Origin: Mobula hypostoma
Taxonomy: Eukaryota
Direction: 5' to 3'
Assembly (NCBI RefSeq): GCF_963921235.1
Contig: NC_086097.1
Location: 160,954,001 to 161,018,000 of the forward strand
Length of the DNA stretch: 64,000 nucleotides
Shown here: positions 27,250-39,567 of the stretch, piece by piece
Numbering within the stretch: the stretch's first letter is position 1
Layout of the letters: every line of letters begins with the position of its first letter
The notes under the pieces: generated by a model
Told to the model about the DNA's origin: nothing
The model's input: only the letters and a program-made list of their open reading frames with translations
Databases searched by the model: none
Program-made: the position numbers and the translations under genes

Positions 27250-28200
27250 CAGAATCTGAATCAGAATCAGGTTTATTATCACCGGCATGTGACATGAAAT
27301 TTGTTAACTTAGCAGCAGCAGTTCAATGCAATACATAATCTAGCAGAGAGAGAGAATATACTAATAATAATAAATAAAATAAAACATAATAAATAAAGAA
27401 AGAAAGTATATTGAATAGATTTTTAAAAATGTGCAAAAACAGAAATACTTAATATTTTAAAGAGTGAGGTAGTGTCCAAAGCTTCAACATCCATTTACGA
27501 ATTGGATGGCAGAGGGGAAGAAGCTGTTCCTGAATCGCTGAGTGTGTGCCTTCAGGCTTCTGTATCTCCTACCTGATGGTAACAGTGAGAAAAGGGTACT
27601 CGCTGGGTGCTGGACGTCCTTTATAATGGACACTGCCTTTCTGAGACACTGCTCCCCAAAGATGTCCTGGGTACTTTGTAGGCTACTGCCCAAGATGGAG
27701 CTGACTAGATTTACAACCTTCTGCAGCTTCTTTTGGTCCTGTGCAGTAGCCCCTCCATACCAGACAGTGATGCAGCCTGTCAGAATGCTCTGCACAGTAC
27801 AACTATAGAAGTTTTTGAGTTTATTTGTTGACATGCCAAATCTCTTCAAACTCCTGATAAAATATAGCCGCTGTCTTGCCTTCATTATGACTACATCGAT
27901 ATGTTGGTACCAGGTTAGATCCTCAGAGATCTTGACACCAAGGAACTTGAAGCTGCTCACTCTCTCCACTTCTGATCCCTCTATGAGAATTGGTATGTGC
28001 TCCTTCGTCTTACCCTTCCTGAAGTCCACAATCAGCTCTCTCGTCTTACTGACGTTGAGTGCCAGGTTGTTGCTGCGGCACCATTCCACTAGTTGGCATA
28101 TCTCACTCCTGTACGCCCCCTCGTCACCATCTGAGAATCTACCAATGACGGTTGTATCGTCAGCAAATTTGTAGATGGTATTTGATCTATGCCTAGCGTG
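27250..28200 (-). mobile_element. Rex1/Babar-like LINE 3' fragment, 240-aa frame still open
   Basis: KFADDTTVIG..NVSKTRELIVDFRK..FKFLG..LLPSGRRYRSL; (GATTCT)n tail. Confidence 0.92.
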
Positions 28201-28874
28201 TGGCATAACTGAAAATAATGAGTAGCCCTCAAGAGAGGCAGAATTTCAGAGACTTACATCTCTGAGTAAAGAACTTTCTCAGTCCTAACATGGGATTAAT
28301 GTAGAATTGCTGGAAGGTCAGTGTGCCAAAGAGCCTGTTTCCATTCTGTATGACTTATTCCCTTCCACTGACTGGCCCCTTATCATGAGACATTGCCCCC
28401 CCGTTCTCAGGTGATGGGAGTAGATCTTTGGCGTTGACACTGTCATTCCCCCCCAGATTCTGAGCACAAGGTTTCAGGCCCAAGCGCATATGGTGGCCTG
28501 AAACAGATTGCCTGCAATGCAAATTCAGGAGCCACAGATGAATTCAATCACTCAACAGTGCTTCCTAGTGACAGGTGGTTAACATCAACAGCCGTATGTG
28601 CAGCTTGTGCCATCCTAAAGACATCTGAGCCAAGGGTCTAAAGACAGGAAAAAAAATGAAGTGGGCAGTGCAGGCACATGCCTTTAACATATTATAGATT
28701 CCATATTAAATGGAGATATGATACGTTCACAGGCCCTAATTTATATTATAGCAAACTTTCTGAATTCCTGATATAAGTCAATTGAACTGAGAGTGGGGTC
28801 TTACTACTAATGCTTCACCTTCCTTCAAAGATTGAACCATTACTCACCACTCAAGTCCTCTTCACGTCGGTAGC

Positions 28875-29615
28875 ACAGCAATGCAAACTGTGAGCAGTTT
28901 CAAACTCCTCAGAGTGTTCATCTTGCACAAACTCTCATGGTCCCAGGACACATTCTCTGTAGACAAGAAACCTCAGAAACACCTTTACTTTCTGAGGAAG
29001 CTGAAGAGAGCTGGTCTTTGCACATCAATACTCACAACCTTCTGCAGATACACAGCTGACAGCATCCTAACATACTACATCACTGTGCAGTACGGAAACT
29101 GCACTGCAACCAACAGGAGGGCTGTACAACAGGTAGTGAAACTGCCCAACCCATCACCAGCACTCATCTACTCGCCATCAAGGACATATATACAGGAAAG
29201 TGCCAGAAAAAGGCCAGCAAAGTCATGAAGGATCCCACCCACCCTGCCGATGGACTGTTTGTCCCATTCCCATCAGAGAAGAGCCGATGCATTATCGATG
29301 CCAGGACAATTAGAGTCCAAAACAGTTACTTCCCCCAAGCAGGCAGGTCAACACCTTCATCCATTAACCCAGCCCACCACCACTACAAACACATCACCTA
29401 GCAACACTTTGGGTACTTCACATGCAATCCATCTATGTATATAACAATTACGTTGTGTTTTATATGATTGCTTTTATATTTATTGTGGAATTATGTTTTT
29501 ATTGTTACCTTTATGTTTATTGACTTTTTTATGCAGTATTGGATCCAGAGTAGTAATCATTTCATTCTCCTTTAATCTTTTGTACTGAAGAATGACAATA
29601 AACATTCTTGAATCT
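28875..29615 (+). mobile_element. Rex1/Babar-like LINE 3' fragment, different subfamily
   Basis: HLYFLRKLKRAGL..ILTTF; AATAAA + (ATCTTGA)-like tail. Confidence 0.8.
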
Positions 29616-29964
29616 TAAAAAACACAATAGAAAGCAATAGTTCCTCCATGTTTTCTGTATTAAAAATCATCCTACTCCATGGCCTCTTTCTGTGCTTACA
29701 ACATAGGGATTGTTTAATGGCCATTTATCTATTTCACATTGAGGTGAGCTTGCTTTGCACAAATTGCTCGCTACATTTCCCTACACTATAAAAGTAACTG
29801 TACTTAAGAACAAGTTCATTGAGGGTGAAGGGCATTGGGAATTCCAAGGGTATAAAAAAGTAAGCTTCTCTCCAGGCATGAGATTTATACAACTCGATCT
29901 AATTCTTGTGCCAACCCTTTCTTGCACATAACTGAGTCCTATTACGTCTCCTTTCCCTCTGCAG

Positions 29965-30066
29965 GTGCAGGAGACTCCACTGCATGTTGCTGCTCAAGTA
30001 AAAGATGGTGAGAAGGTGGCAGTAATGCTGTTAAAAAGTGGAGCAGAAGTAAATGCTGAGCAAGAG
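29965..30066 (+). CDS. trpn1: TRPN1 exon 6 (VQETPLHVAAQVKDGEKVAVMLLKSGAEVNAEQE)
   Basis: CAG/GTAAG, 102 nt, phase 0; VKDG..MLLKSGA motif; second in-frame CAG 6 nt downstream. Confidence 0.94.
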
Positions 30067-30744
30067 GTAAGAATATACATAATCAAACTTCAGGCATGTA
30101 GAGCAGTCATGGGATAGAGTAGGGGGCAGTATTTGAAATCTCCCACTGAATTATGCAACCTTGGAGAGACTGATGTAGAGCACAACAGAATTAACATTCT
30201 CACACTGTGTGTGTATGAGGAAAAATCAAGCTCCCAAATGCCCTTTAAGAAATTATATTTGACAGGCATCAATATCACAAAAGTACTTCATATTGCATTT
30301 CGAATACTGAAGAGTTGGAATGCAATTCACCATGAGGTTGAAGTAAGGTATTTAGGTTGAACAAAGAAGCTTACCCTCTATTGAATATTCTTTTATGGAA
30401 GCTCAATAACACAACACCTAATGAAGTGACTTAAAAGCTGAAGAGTCACTAAGAGGGTTTCCTAATGTCAATCTTAATAAAGGACTGATCCACATCAGCA
30501 AACAAGATTTACATGGGAACTAAGAATTAGAGAATTATCTGTATATTATATTATAGGATCTGCTATATTGGTATAAAGATTGATATAATGATATATTATT
30601 ATAAAGATTGGTGAATAACAAAATGTAAGTAGGAAATTAATGAAATCTGAAGTGACTAGAGGAATGGTGAATAGGGAAAATAGCCTGTGATTGCAAATGT
30701 GTTACAAGACTGGAATAACCAAGTACTCACAAAGCCATCAGATG

Positions 30745-30992
30745 ATAAGACATAGGAGCAGAATTCAACCCATCGCGTCTGCTCCACCTTTCCAGCCTGG
30801 CTGATTTATTATCCCTCTCAACCCCACCCTCCTGCCTTTTCTCTGTAACCTTAGACACCCTGTCTAAACAAGAACCTATCAACCTCTTCATTAAATATAC
30901 CCAATGACTTGGCCTCCACAGATGTCTGTGGCAATGAATTCCACATATTTACCGGGCTCTGGCTAAATAAATTCCTTCACATCTCCATTCTA
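30745..30992 (-). mobile_element. CR1 3' end
   Basis: ATAAGACATAGGAGCAGAATT terminus shared with the other CR1 copies. Confidence 0.75.
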
Positions 30993-31348
30993 GCCAAATT
31001 GAATACAAGAAGGCTGAAATTTACATAATTGGAAGATTAGCTTCTATTTCCCCAGCTGCTCTGAGATTCATTGGAGGAGTGTGGGATATTAGATTGGTTG
31101 TGGAATGAAAAATTAGAACAAAAGACAACTGGAAGCTCATAGATGTCTTTCCAGACTGAATAACAGCCTCTCCAAGGCTGAAACCCTCAATGTGTTTGGT
31201 TTTCCCAAAATGGTTAAGTGCTTATCACAATTATCAAGTGAAGTACTTCTACTCAGAAGTGACAATAATTCATTATTGGAAGAGCATTTGTGGACAAGTA
31301 TGCAGGAAGGGAGAAGGTAAAAGGAGAAGAGAACTGACATCTTCTACA

Positions 31349-31542
31349 CTCACAACACACTGGAGGAACTCAGCAGGTTGGGCAGCATCCGTGGAAACGA
31401 TCAGTCAACATTTCGGGCCAGAACCCTTCCGGCCCGAAACGTTGACTGAATGTTTCCACGGATGCTGCCTGACCTGCTGAGTTCCTCCAGCGTGTTGTGA
31501 GTATTGCTTTGACCCCAGCATCAGCAGGGTATTTTGTGTTTA
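31349..31542. mobile_element. Fold-back Penelope-derived mini element
   Basis: ~155-bp near-palindrome of the Penelope terminus; perfect 14-bp TSD TGACATCTTCTACA (31335-31348/31543-31556). Confidence 0.88.
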
Positions 31543-32643
31543 TGACATCTTCTACAGTTGCTGGGAAAGTGGCATGACATAAAGGAGTTGATTTTGGTGG
31601 TGATGGAAGAGTAAATTAGAACATGCTGTATAGAATAATCCTTTCAGGATACTGAAGATTAAGAGAAGATGAAAGTACAAGTGGTTGTGGCATTACATTT
31701 GAGGTGTTGGGAAATATGGAGGACATGTTGAATGCGGAGACTTCCAATGAGGACAAAGGGAAATGTATCCTTGTTTTGGTTGATGGAAAGAGCAGTTACT
31801 TAAAGTCTGAATTGTGGATATATTTTGTCATAACTTAATAAACTTTATGAAAATTATATATGATAAGTTCCATTGCTGAACTGGACCAGTATACATTTAT
31901 TTACAGGGACTATCAATGCTACACAATGCTACTTTATGAAATCACATAATAATAACAATAAATAATTCAATCTCTACAATTCAGCAGTTGCACTTATTTA
32001 AGTGCAAAATACATGATGAAATAAAGCTTGACCACAGTTGTATAGAGGTTATAAAGGTTGCTCTGTGCAGTATATATAGAATACTGTAGAACATCAATTC
32101 ATGTTTAGCATGTTTGGATATGTTGACTTGTAATGGGAAAGAACATGGATCTCTTAAACTAACACATTCAAATATTCACACTATTAATGTAGAAGGAAAT
32201 AAAATGATCTATCAATGCAAGGAAACATTGGTGAATCTTTCCTAAGGCAAATTAAACCTTCAATGTTTTACCCAGTTTCAGTAATTTTATCTGATTTTTG
32301 GATTGTGCTCTGCATAAATTTTGAACATAACTCTAAGGCTACATTACTACATTGTTTGATAAACCTCTCATGAGCTTGTGTTGGTGTACAGCTGCACAGG
32401 TGAGTGTGAGACGATTTCAGCATGCATATCTTGCCACAAATTTACCAGGAGTTTAACTACAAACAGTACTTCAATGTAAAACCAAAGTAGGTTAGTTTGG
32501 TTCAAATTTCTTTGGAACAGTTGGTTAATTTTGTTCTTACAGCAAAATTTATACCGAGAGGTTCCAGAAGGCTTGGGACTTATTATCTTTGATGGGTATT
32601 CAGAGCCGTAGTGTGGTTAATGTCATCTATTTGATGTCCACAG

Positions 32644-32742
32644 AATAGTGAGACGGCCATGCATATAGCAGCTCGGTACGGCAACCTGAAAATGGTCCAA
32701 GCATTGATTGAGGAGGGAGGTGACCTAACATGGCAGTCCAAG
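32644..32742 (+). CDS. trpn1: TRPN1 exon 7 (NSETAMHIAARYGNLKMVQALIEEGGDLTWQSK)
   Basis: CAG/GTAGG, 99 nt, phase 0; ankyrin repeat in the expected order. Confidence 0.94.
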
Positions 32743-33485
32743 GTAGGAGGGCCCAACACCGCCCACAAAGATTGAACAAATATATCATGGAGAAACATGA
32801 AAGCACGTAGATAGAAGTATGAATGTGACTTTTGATCTGTCAAGCCTGTTCTACCATTCAATACAGACGTGTTGACATTCAATAGAATCTTGGCTTAAAT
32901 CTCTTTCATTCCCTTTCTACATGTAACAGATTCATGTCATGTTTTATAGGACAAAAGCAGACCAACTGTTCCACACAAGCCTCTCCCCACCTCACTTCAT
33001 AGAGGAAATTTCTAATCTTCCTTCCTCCCTACATTCTTGTCAGGCTGCCTCTTGGCTGTATCCTCATTCTTCAAACGAATCCTGTCATTGAGTTATACAG
33101 TATGGAAACAGGCCATTCCATCCGTCACATCCACACCGACCTGTGAGCAACCTTCCATATTACTCTCAGCTACCAACCCGAAGCCTTAATTGCCCAGGTG
33201 AATCAAGTGCTCATCTAGTCAAGTCTTAAATGTTGTTAGCAATTCTGCTTCTCACCACTGCCTGGGTTAAAACAGTCATTTTCAGTTCCTCTCTTGAACT
33301 TTTACCTCTTATCCTAAACCCGAGTCCTCAAGTTTTATTCTGGTCAAAGATTCTTGCAGTCTACCATGTTTATATCTTTTATAACTTTATCTACATTAAT
33401 TATGTCTTCTCTAAACCGCTAGGGAAAACAGACCTAAACTTTCCAATCTCTCCTCATAATCTAAAACAACTGCCAGGGCAGGTCA

Positions 33486-33731
33486 AGCAACACACACAAA
33501 ATGCTGAAGGAACTTAGCAGTCCAGGCAGCATCTATGGAAAAGAGTAAACAGTCAACGTGTTGGGCCAAGACCCTTCGTCAGGACAGATGAAGGGTCCTG
33601 AAGAAAAGTCTCGGACCGAAACATCGACTGTTTACTCTTTTCCATAGATGCTGCCTGGCCTGCTGAGTTCCTCCAGCATTTTGTGTGTGCGTTGCTTAGA
33701 TCGCCACAGTCTGCAGATTTTCTCGTCTTTG
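33486..33731. mobile_element. Fold-back Penelope-derived mini element with two opposed decayed hammerheads
   Basis: ~100-bp inverted arms; TSD TGCCAGGGCAGGTCA/TGCTAGGGTAGCTCA (12/15). Confidence 0.82.
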
Positions 33732-35236
33732 TGCTAGGGTAGCTCAGTGCGTTGAGACCCTTAATGAGGACTGAGGATCAGTCCTGGTGAATGATCTCAG
33801 ACCATAATGTCAAGAATTCCTTTTTCCCCTACTCTCAGTTCTGATGCAGGGTCTCAACCCGGAACATCAACAATTTTCCTCTCCTCCACAGATGTTGCTT
33901 AACCTGCTGAGTTCCTCCAGCAGTTTGCTTTTTATTCCAGATTCCAGCATCTACAACCTCATGTGCATCCTCATAAGTAAAATGTTCTGCACCCTCTCTG
34001 ATGCTAGTGTGGAGACCAGAACTACATATAGTACTACACCTGAGATCTGACCAAGACTCTTTAAAGCTGGACCATAACTTCTGTGTTATTGTATCAATAC
34101 CCTGACTTGTGAAGGGCAACATCGCATATTCCATCTAAACTACTTTATCTTCCTGTGCTGCTAGCTTCAAGAATCTAATAACTCACAAACTGAGGTCCCT
34201 CTGTTCCTCAATACCCATTATGACCTTACTATTCACAATATATATCCTGCCCTCAGTAGTACTCCATCTGCTATTTCTCAGCCCATTTTATCATCACATC
34301 CATATCGCCTGAAGATTGACCCTATCCTCCACACTGTTAACAACTCTGCTGATCTTAGTATTATCTGTGAGGTTACTGATCACATCATCAGCATCTACAT
34401 TCAAATCATCCACATATAACTGAGCATTCCACACTCCTACCTAATGCTGAGTACAGCAACTTCTACAGAATACTCTATTTCATATATTAGGGATCACCTC
34501 CTTTTTCTGACCCCAAAACAGCAATTTTGTTTATAGATCAACATTTGTAAAATGCTTTAAAGTTTGTGAACCTGTAGCAAAACATCCACAAGATTTCTTC
34601 TTTCTACATGAAAGAACCCATGCAGTTCTCATAATTTCACTTTTTCAGTTTTAATATAAATCTTATTAATATAGTTTATGAGTAACACACACAAAATGCT
34701 GGAGCAACCCAGGTCAGACAGCATCTATGAGGAGGAATAATTTCGGGACATTTTGGGACAAGACCTTTCATGAGGACTGGAAGGAGGGGGGAAGAAGACT
34801 GAATACAAAGGTGGGGAGGGGGAGGGCAAGATGGCAGGTGAAAGGTGTAAAGGGTACATTTTGTACATGGCACAGCGCATGCACTGTCTGGTGATAGTGA
34901 TGGTGGATGGGCTGCTTTCTTATGTATGGCATCAAGCTTCTTGAGTATTGTTGGTGCTACATCCAGGCAAGTGAAGGTATCTGTCATGCTGCTGATTTAT
35001 GCCACGTAGATGCTGGAAAGATTTTGGGGGATCAGGAATCAGGAGCTGAGTCTTTTACAGTAGGGTCCCAGTTTCTGACATTCAAATTTACAAGTTCAAA
35101 GTAAATTTATTATCAAAGTACATCTATGTCACCATATACAACCATATACCATACATCACTGATCTAGTAATGTTTAATGCTAGCCACCAGGGTGATGATT
35201 AAGGTGGGAAGAACAAAATGGGATAAGTGTAGAATG

Positions 35237-35400
35237 CAAACAACAGGAATTCTGCAGATGCTGGAAATTCAAGCAACAGATATCAAAGTTGTGTGGACAG
35301 TCCTGACGAAGGATCTCGGCCTGAAACGGCGACTGTACCTCTTCCTAGAGATGCTGCCTGGCCTGCTGCGTTCACCAGCAACTTTGATGTGTGTTGCTTG
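35237..35400 (+). mobile_element. Penelope-derived mini element with inverted termini and hammerhead motif (35297-35336)
   Basis: TSD AGTGTAGAATG (35226-35236/35401-35411); ACAGTC-CTGACGA-AGG..CCT-GAAA-CG-GC-GACTGT. Confidence 0.85.
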
Positions 35401-35469
35401 AGTGTAGAATGAATGTAATTGGGTGCTTGATGGTTAGTGGTTAGTCAATGAATTGAAGAATCTATTTCT

Positions 35470-36150
35470 AGCACAGAAGTGTCATGAAGACAACATGGCA
35501 GCACCTTTACTTTTTTAGAGGTTTGCAAAGATTTGGCATGTCATCTAAAACTCTGACTAACTTCTATAGATGTGTGGCAAAGAGTATATGTACTGTATGT
35601 ACCGTGGAAAACATTCTAACTGGCTGCATCAACTTTCGGTATGGGAAAGGACCACTACTCAATGTTTAACACAAGCAGTCCTACGGGTCTGACCTAAAAG
35701 CTCCAAAACCTGGGCCTCTGTACCTCCCTCTGCAACTGGATTCTTGACTTCCTTGCCAGAAGGCCACTGTCTGTGCGAATCAGAAATAACATCTCCACCT
35801 GCCTGATAATCAACACTGGCACACCACAAGGATGTATATTTAGCCCACTCCTCTACATCCATGACTGTGTAGCTGGGCACAGCTCAAATGTCACCTATAA
35901 ATTTGCTGACGACAAACTATTGGCAGAATTTCATATGGTGACAAGGAGGCATACAGGAGTGAGATATGTCAACTAGTCACAGCAGCCACCTTGCACTCAA
36001 CATCAGTAAGACCCCAGAATTGATTGTGAACTTCAGAAACAGTAGGATGAGGGAACACACACCAGTCCTCATAGAGGGATCAGAAGTGGAGAGGAGGAGC
36101 AATTTCAAGTTCCTGGGTGTCATCATCTCTGAGGATCTATCCTGGGCCCA
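35470..36150 (+). mobile_element. Rex1-like RT fragment in permuted order
   Basis: C-terminal piece (HLYFFRGL.RFGMSSKTL) precedes the N-terminal piece ([30 protein letters not shown]). Confidence 0.8.
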
Positions 36151-36416
36151 ATATATCATATGGTCTAAGGAAACCTAACATAAAGATGGCAAGAGGGAGT
36201 GAAGGAATTCCAAAGCCTTGCAGTCACTAGTATCGCACTCACGGAAATTTTGATTTGTGCAAGAGGTCAGAATCCGAGGAGTACAGATAACTCGATTGCT
36301 CATGTGGTTTAATGTAGCTCTCAGCTTGAGGATTAGCAATACCATAAGAAAAATGGGTATATTGCAGGGCCAGTTTTTAGTAACTACTATATGATGTGAT
36401 GACTGCTTCCTTTTAG

Positions 36417-36545
36417 GCTGGAGAGAATCCACTTCACGTTGCAGTCCGGCACTGTCATGTCAATGTTGTGGAAGAAATCCTGAACTACCTGACCAATGAG
36501 AGGAGTCGCCTCAAGGCTGTTGTGTGTGTCAACCAGGAAAACCAG
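36417..36545 (+). CDS. trpn1: TRPN1 exon 8 (AGENPLHVAVRHCHVNVVEEILNYLTNERSRLKAVVCVNQENQ)
   Basis: TAG/GTAAA, 129 nt, phase 0; extended 43-aa repeat as in NompC. Confidence 0.94.
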
Positions 36546-37200
36546 GTAAAAGAAAGATGAGTATTTTTATGATTCAAGCAAATGAAGGAGCTGAAAGACC
36601 TAGAAATCTAAATCTATGCCTCCTGCCTCTCACCAACCACCAAAAATAATACCAATGTCATAATAAGTTAGAGTAGGACAGGTTGTCTTGGACAAAAACA
36701 TAACTCTAATGGTAAGCCTTCAAAAAATTTGCATGTTCATCCAAGTTCTCTTTTCCTCCCCTTAGTTATTAAAGTCAGCATACCACTGATTGTTTTACTG
36801 GTTTATCTAATTTCATTGCTTATGCCACCTTATTTGAATTGTTGCATTTCTCTTCATTGACCTTTATGTTATCAAAGTTGATTCCCTTTTCTTATTTCAA
36901 CTTCTGCAAGCATGCCCTTTTTAACTCAAAAAAGTTCTCTCTTTTTTTTTACCCTGGCTAAGTGCATTACTAAAACTAGGCCATTATTTATCTCTGCAGA
37001 AGTGGAGAATCCAGGTTAAGTATAGCATCTGGACTGCCCTCCATCGTTCATCTAATCCTATTGAATATGAGCTCAAAAACCTGCATCTCTCTCCTTACTC
37101 ACAATATTGTGGTTTTCAATTACACTATGAATCCAAATGTGAACCTTTAACTTTTCTGGATCAAGGCTGCTCATTCCCAAACAAATTGTGGAACCCATGT

Positions 37201-37241
37201 TCTTGTAGCAAGTAAACTTCATGAGTTTACTTGCTACAAGA
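37201..37241. repeat. Perfect 18-bp inverted repeat with 5-nt spacer
   Basis: TCTTGTAGCAAGTAAACT-tcatg-AGTTTACTTGCTACAAGA. Confidence 0.97.
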
Positions 37242-37914
37242 CAGCAACCATGATGCAGAGTGATCTTAAGGTAATATTAATGCAATACAAGATCAGTATT
37301 CAGATTGCCTCATGCCATTCTTGAAATTCTCAAGTTTCCAGATGCAGGGTTTGACTAATAGATGATTAACAAATAGGCATCTTCCCTTTGGAAAAATTTG
37401 TCATGTGAAAAGATACAGATAGAAGATCCACTTTCCAGAAATATGAAAAACAAATCTTTTTATCTTATTTTACAACATACTGCGAAATATTTTGAAGGTT
37501 ATTTCATATATTTGACCTCCAGTTATGGAGATCCAGCACACTGGAATGCTCTTCATAAGCCTCTTCGCTTAGCAACATCCCCCACATCCTCAAAACTTTG
37601 AGACTTCAGTCACATGTATCAATCCTTCTCTCTCTTTCAAATGACACTCACCATTCCCTCTGTAAAGCCTCTGAGGCTGCTTACAAAAGTATATGATCTG
37701 CGTATATAAAGCATTATCTACAGCCTTTTGACTTGTTCTTTTCAATTCCATGGAAAAAAACTAGATACTATTAAGCCAGTTTGGAAATAAGAAAGGAACT
37801 AAAGAGAAGAGTATTGTTGTTTTCTGTTTCTGAACATCTAGATTTGCAAGCTGACGTGCTGTGGAATATATTACTGCCTCCACATTAAACTCCTACGTTT
37901 ACTTTATTTCTCAG

Positions 37915-38043
37915 GAAGGAGAAACATGCCTGCACTTAGCAGCAGAGATAACGAAGGACACGATTCACTTCAATCAAGAGGACACTAAGATCGTTAAAAT
38001 TCTCTTGGAGTATGATGCTGACATCACTGCAACAACAAAGCTG
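37915..38043 (+). CDS. trpn1: TRPN1 exon 9 (EGETCLHLAAEITKDTIHFNQEDTKIVKILLEYDADITATTKL)
   Basis: CAG/GTAAA, 129 nt, phase 0; ITK...D..IV..LLE insertion typical of NompC. Confidence 0.95.
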
Positions 38044-39450
38044 GTAAAATAATGTGGGGCACAAGGAGTCAAATATGTTGCTTAAGATCGGCAGCATATC
38101 CTCTGGGATACTTTTGATGGAGATGGGACTGTATATATATAAATGAACAAGATATGTACTTGGGAAACAAACATAAAGGGCCAATACACCACTGAAAGCA
38201 TCAAATGTATCAAATTTGTCATTTGATTGACTGAGCATCCCTTCATTTTGTCTATTTTTATTCTTATTGAAGTTGGAAAACGTGGAGATGTTGGATGAAA
38301 ATGAATCCACAAACTAGGCAGCAACATACTATTTGAAATGTCCAAATGTCCTATTTGAATTTCATCCTTTTTTCACATTTTGATATTTAAATAAAGATGC
38401 CTGATCTATGTGGAGTAAAAAATATACTGCTAACTGAAGCTGACATAGTTTGTAGTAAAATGGAAGAAAGCTTCTGGATTAAGTTCTATCAGCTACTGAA
38501 GTAAAAATAAAACTAACAGCTCTAGGACGGTGGTCTTCACATGTTTACAGTGCCTGAATGCAAAAGTCCATCATTGTTCTATAATTAATTCCTGGTTCAA
38601 ACACTTCTTCATCCCATCTTTCTATTTATTATTACTCAGTTCCTTCAGAAAACAGCTTCTGTCACTAGTGCTTGTTCAAACTCCAAAATTCAGGGCTGGA
38701 TCGAGAGATGATGTTCCTCTCATATTTCCATTGAGTATTCTATCAAGTTGTTACTTCCCTGTAACAAGTTCTCTATCACAAATCCAAGGGTATTCTCCCC
38801 CAACATTCTCCTACCATCCACCAATATTGGGAGTAATTTACAGCAGCCAGTTAACCTAACAAGCAGCACGTATTAGTGATGTCTCCACAGCTATGAGAAG
38901 CCACAAGCTTACAGAAGAGTAGAGCAGCTGCCTCCCAATGCCAGAGATCCAGGTACAATCGTGATATTGGGTGCTGCCTGTGTGGATTTTGCATGGTGTC
39001 CCTGTGATTACATGGGTGCTCTGATATCCCCCTGCATACAAAAGACATGCAGATTGGTTGGTTAATTGGCCACTGTATATCTTGAGGGAATTGGGGATAA
39101 TGTGGGAAGAAGATTAAATGTTTTTAATGTAGGATTAGTATAAAATGGATGGTTAATGCTCAATGCAGACTTGAAGAGGATGTTCCCACATTGTGACTAT
39201 GATTCTAAATATCATAGGATCAAACCTTGGGTTGCTGGAGCTCTGAAGCAGCACTACCCATTGCCCCACTTTTCTGCCATGCCAATAGATGAGGAAGTTG
39301 AATATATGGAAGCAAAATGGTTGTTGGTTTGGTGAATGGGGTTGAATATCTAACCTTTCAAAGGGACATAATTATAAAGCAAAACCACCTTGTGCTTTAG
39401 CTATAAACTTTGTCTTGGGAAACTTAATATAGAGTAACTTTCTTTCGTAG

Positions 39451-39567
39451 ATGCATGAAACTCCATTACATTACTGTGCACATGTCGGGAATTCAGATGT
39501 TCTTCTTGAAATCTTGAAACACATTGGCTCAAATAGAATGCAGCAGGCCATCAATAAACAGTCTAAG
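39451..39567 (+). CDS. trpn1: TRPN1 exon 10 (MHETPLHYCAHVGNSDVLLEILKHIGSNRMQQAINKQSK)
   Basis: TAG/GT, 117 nt, phase 0; HYCA..GN.DVL motif; not in the ORF track. Confidence 0.95.
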
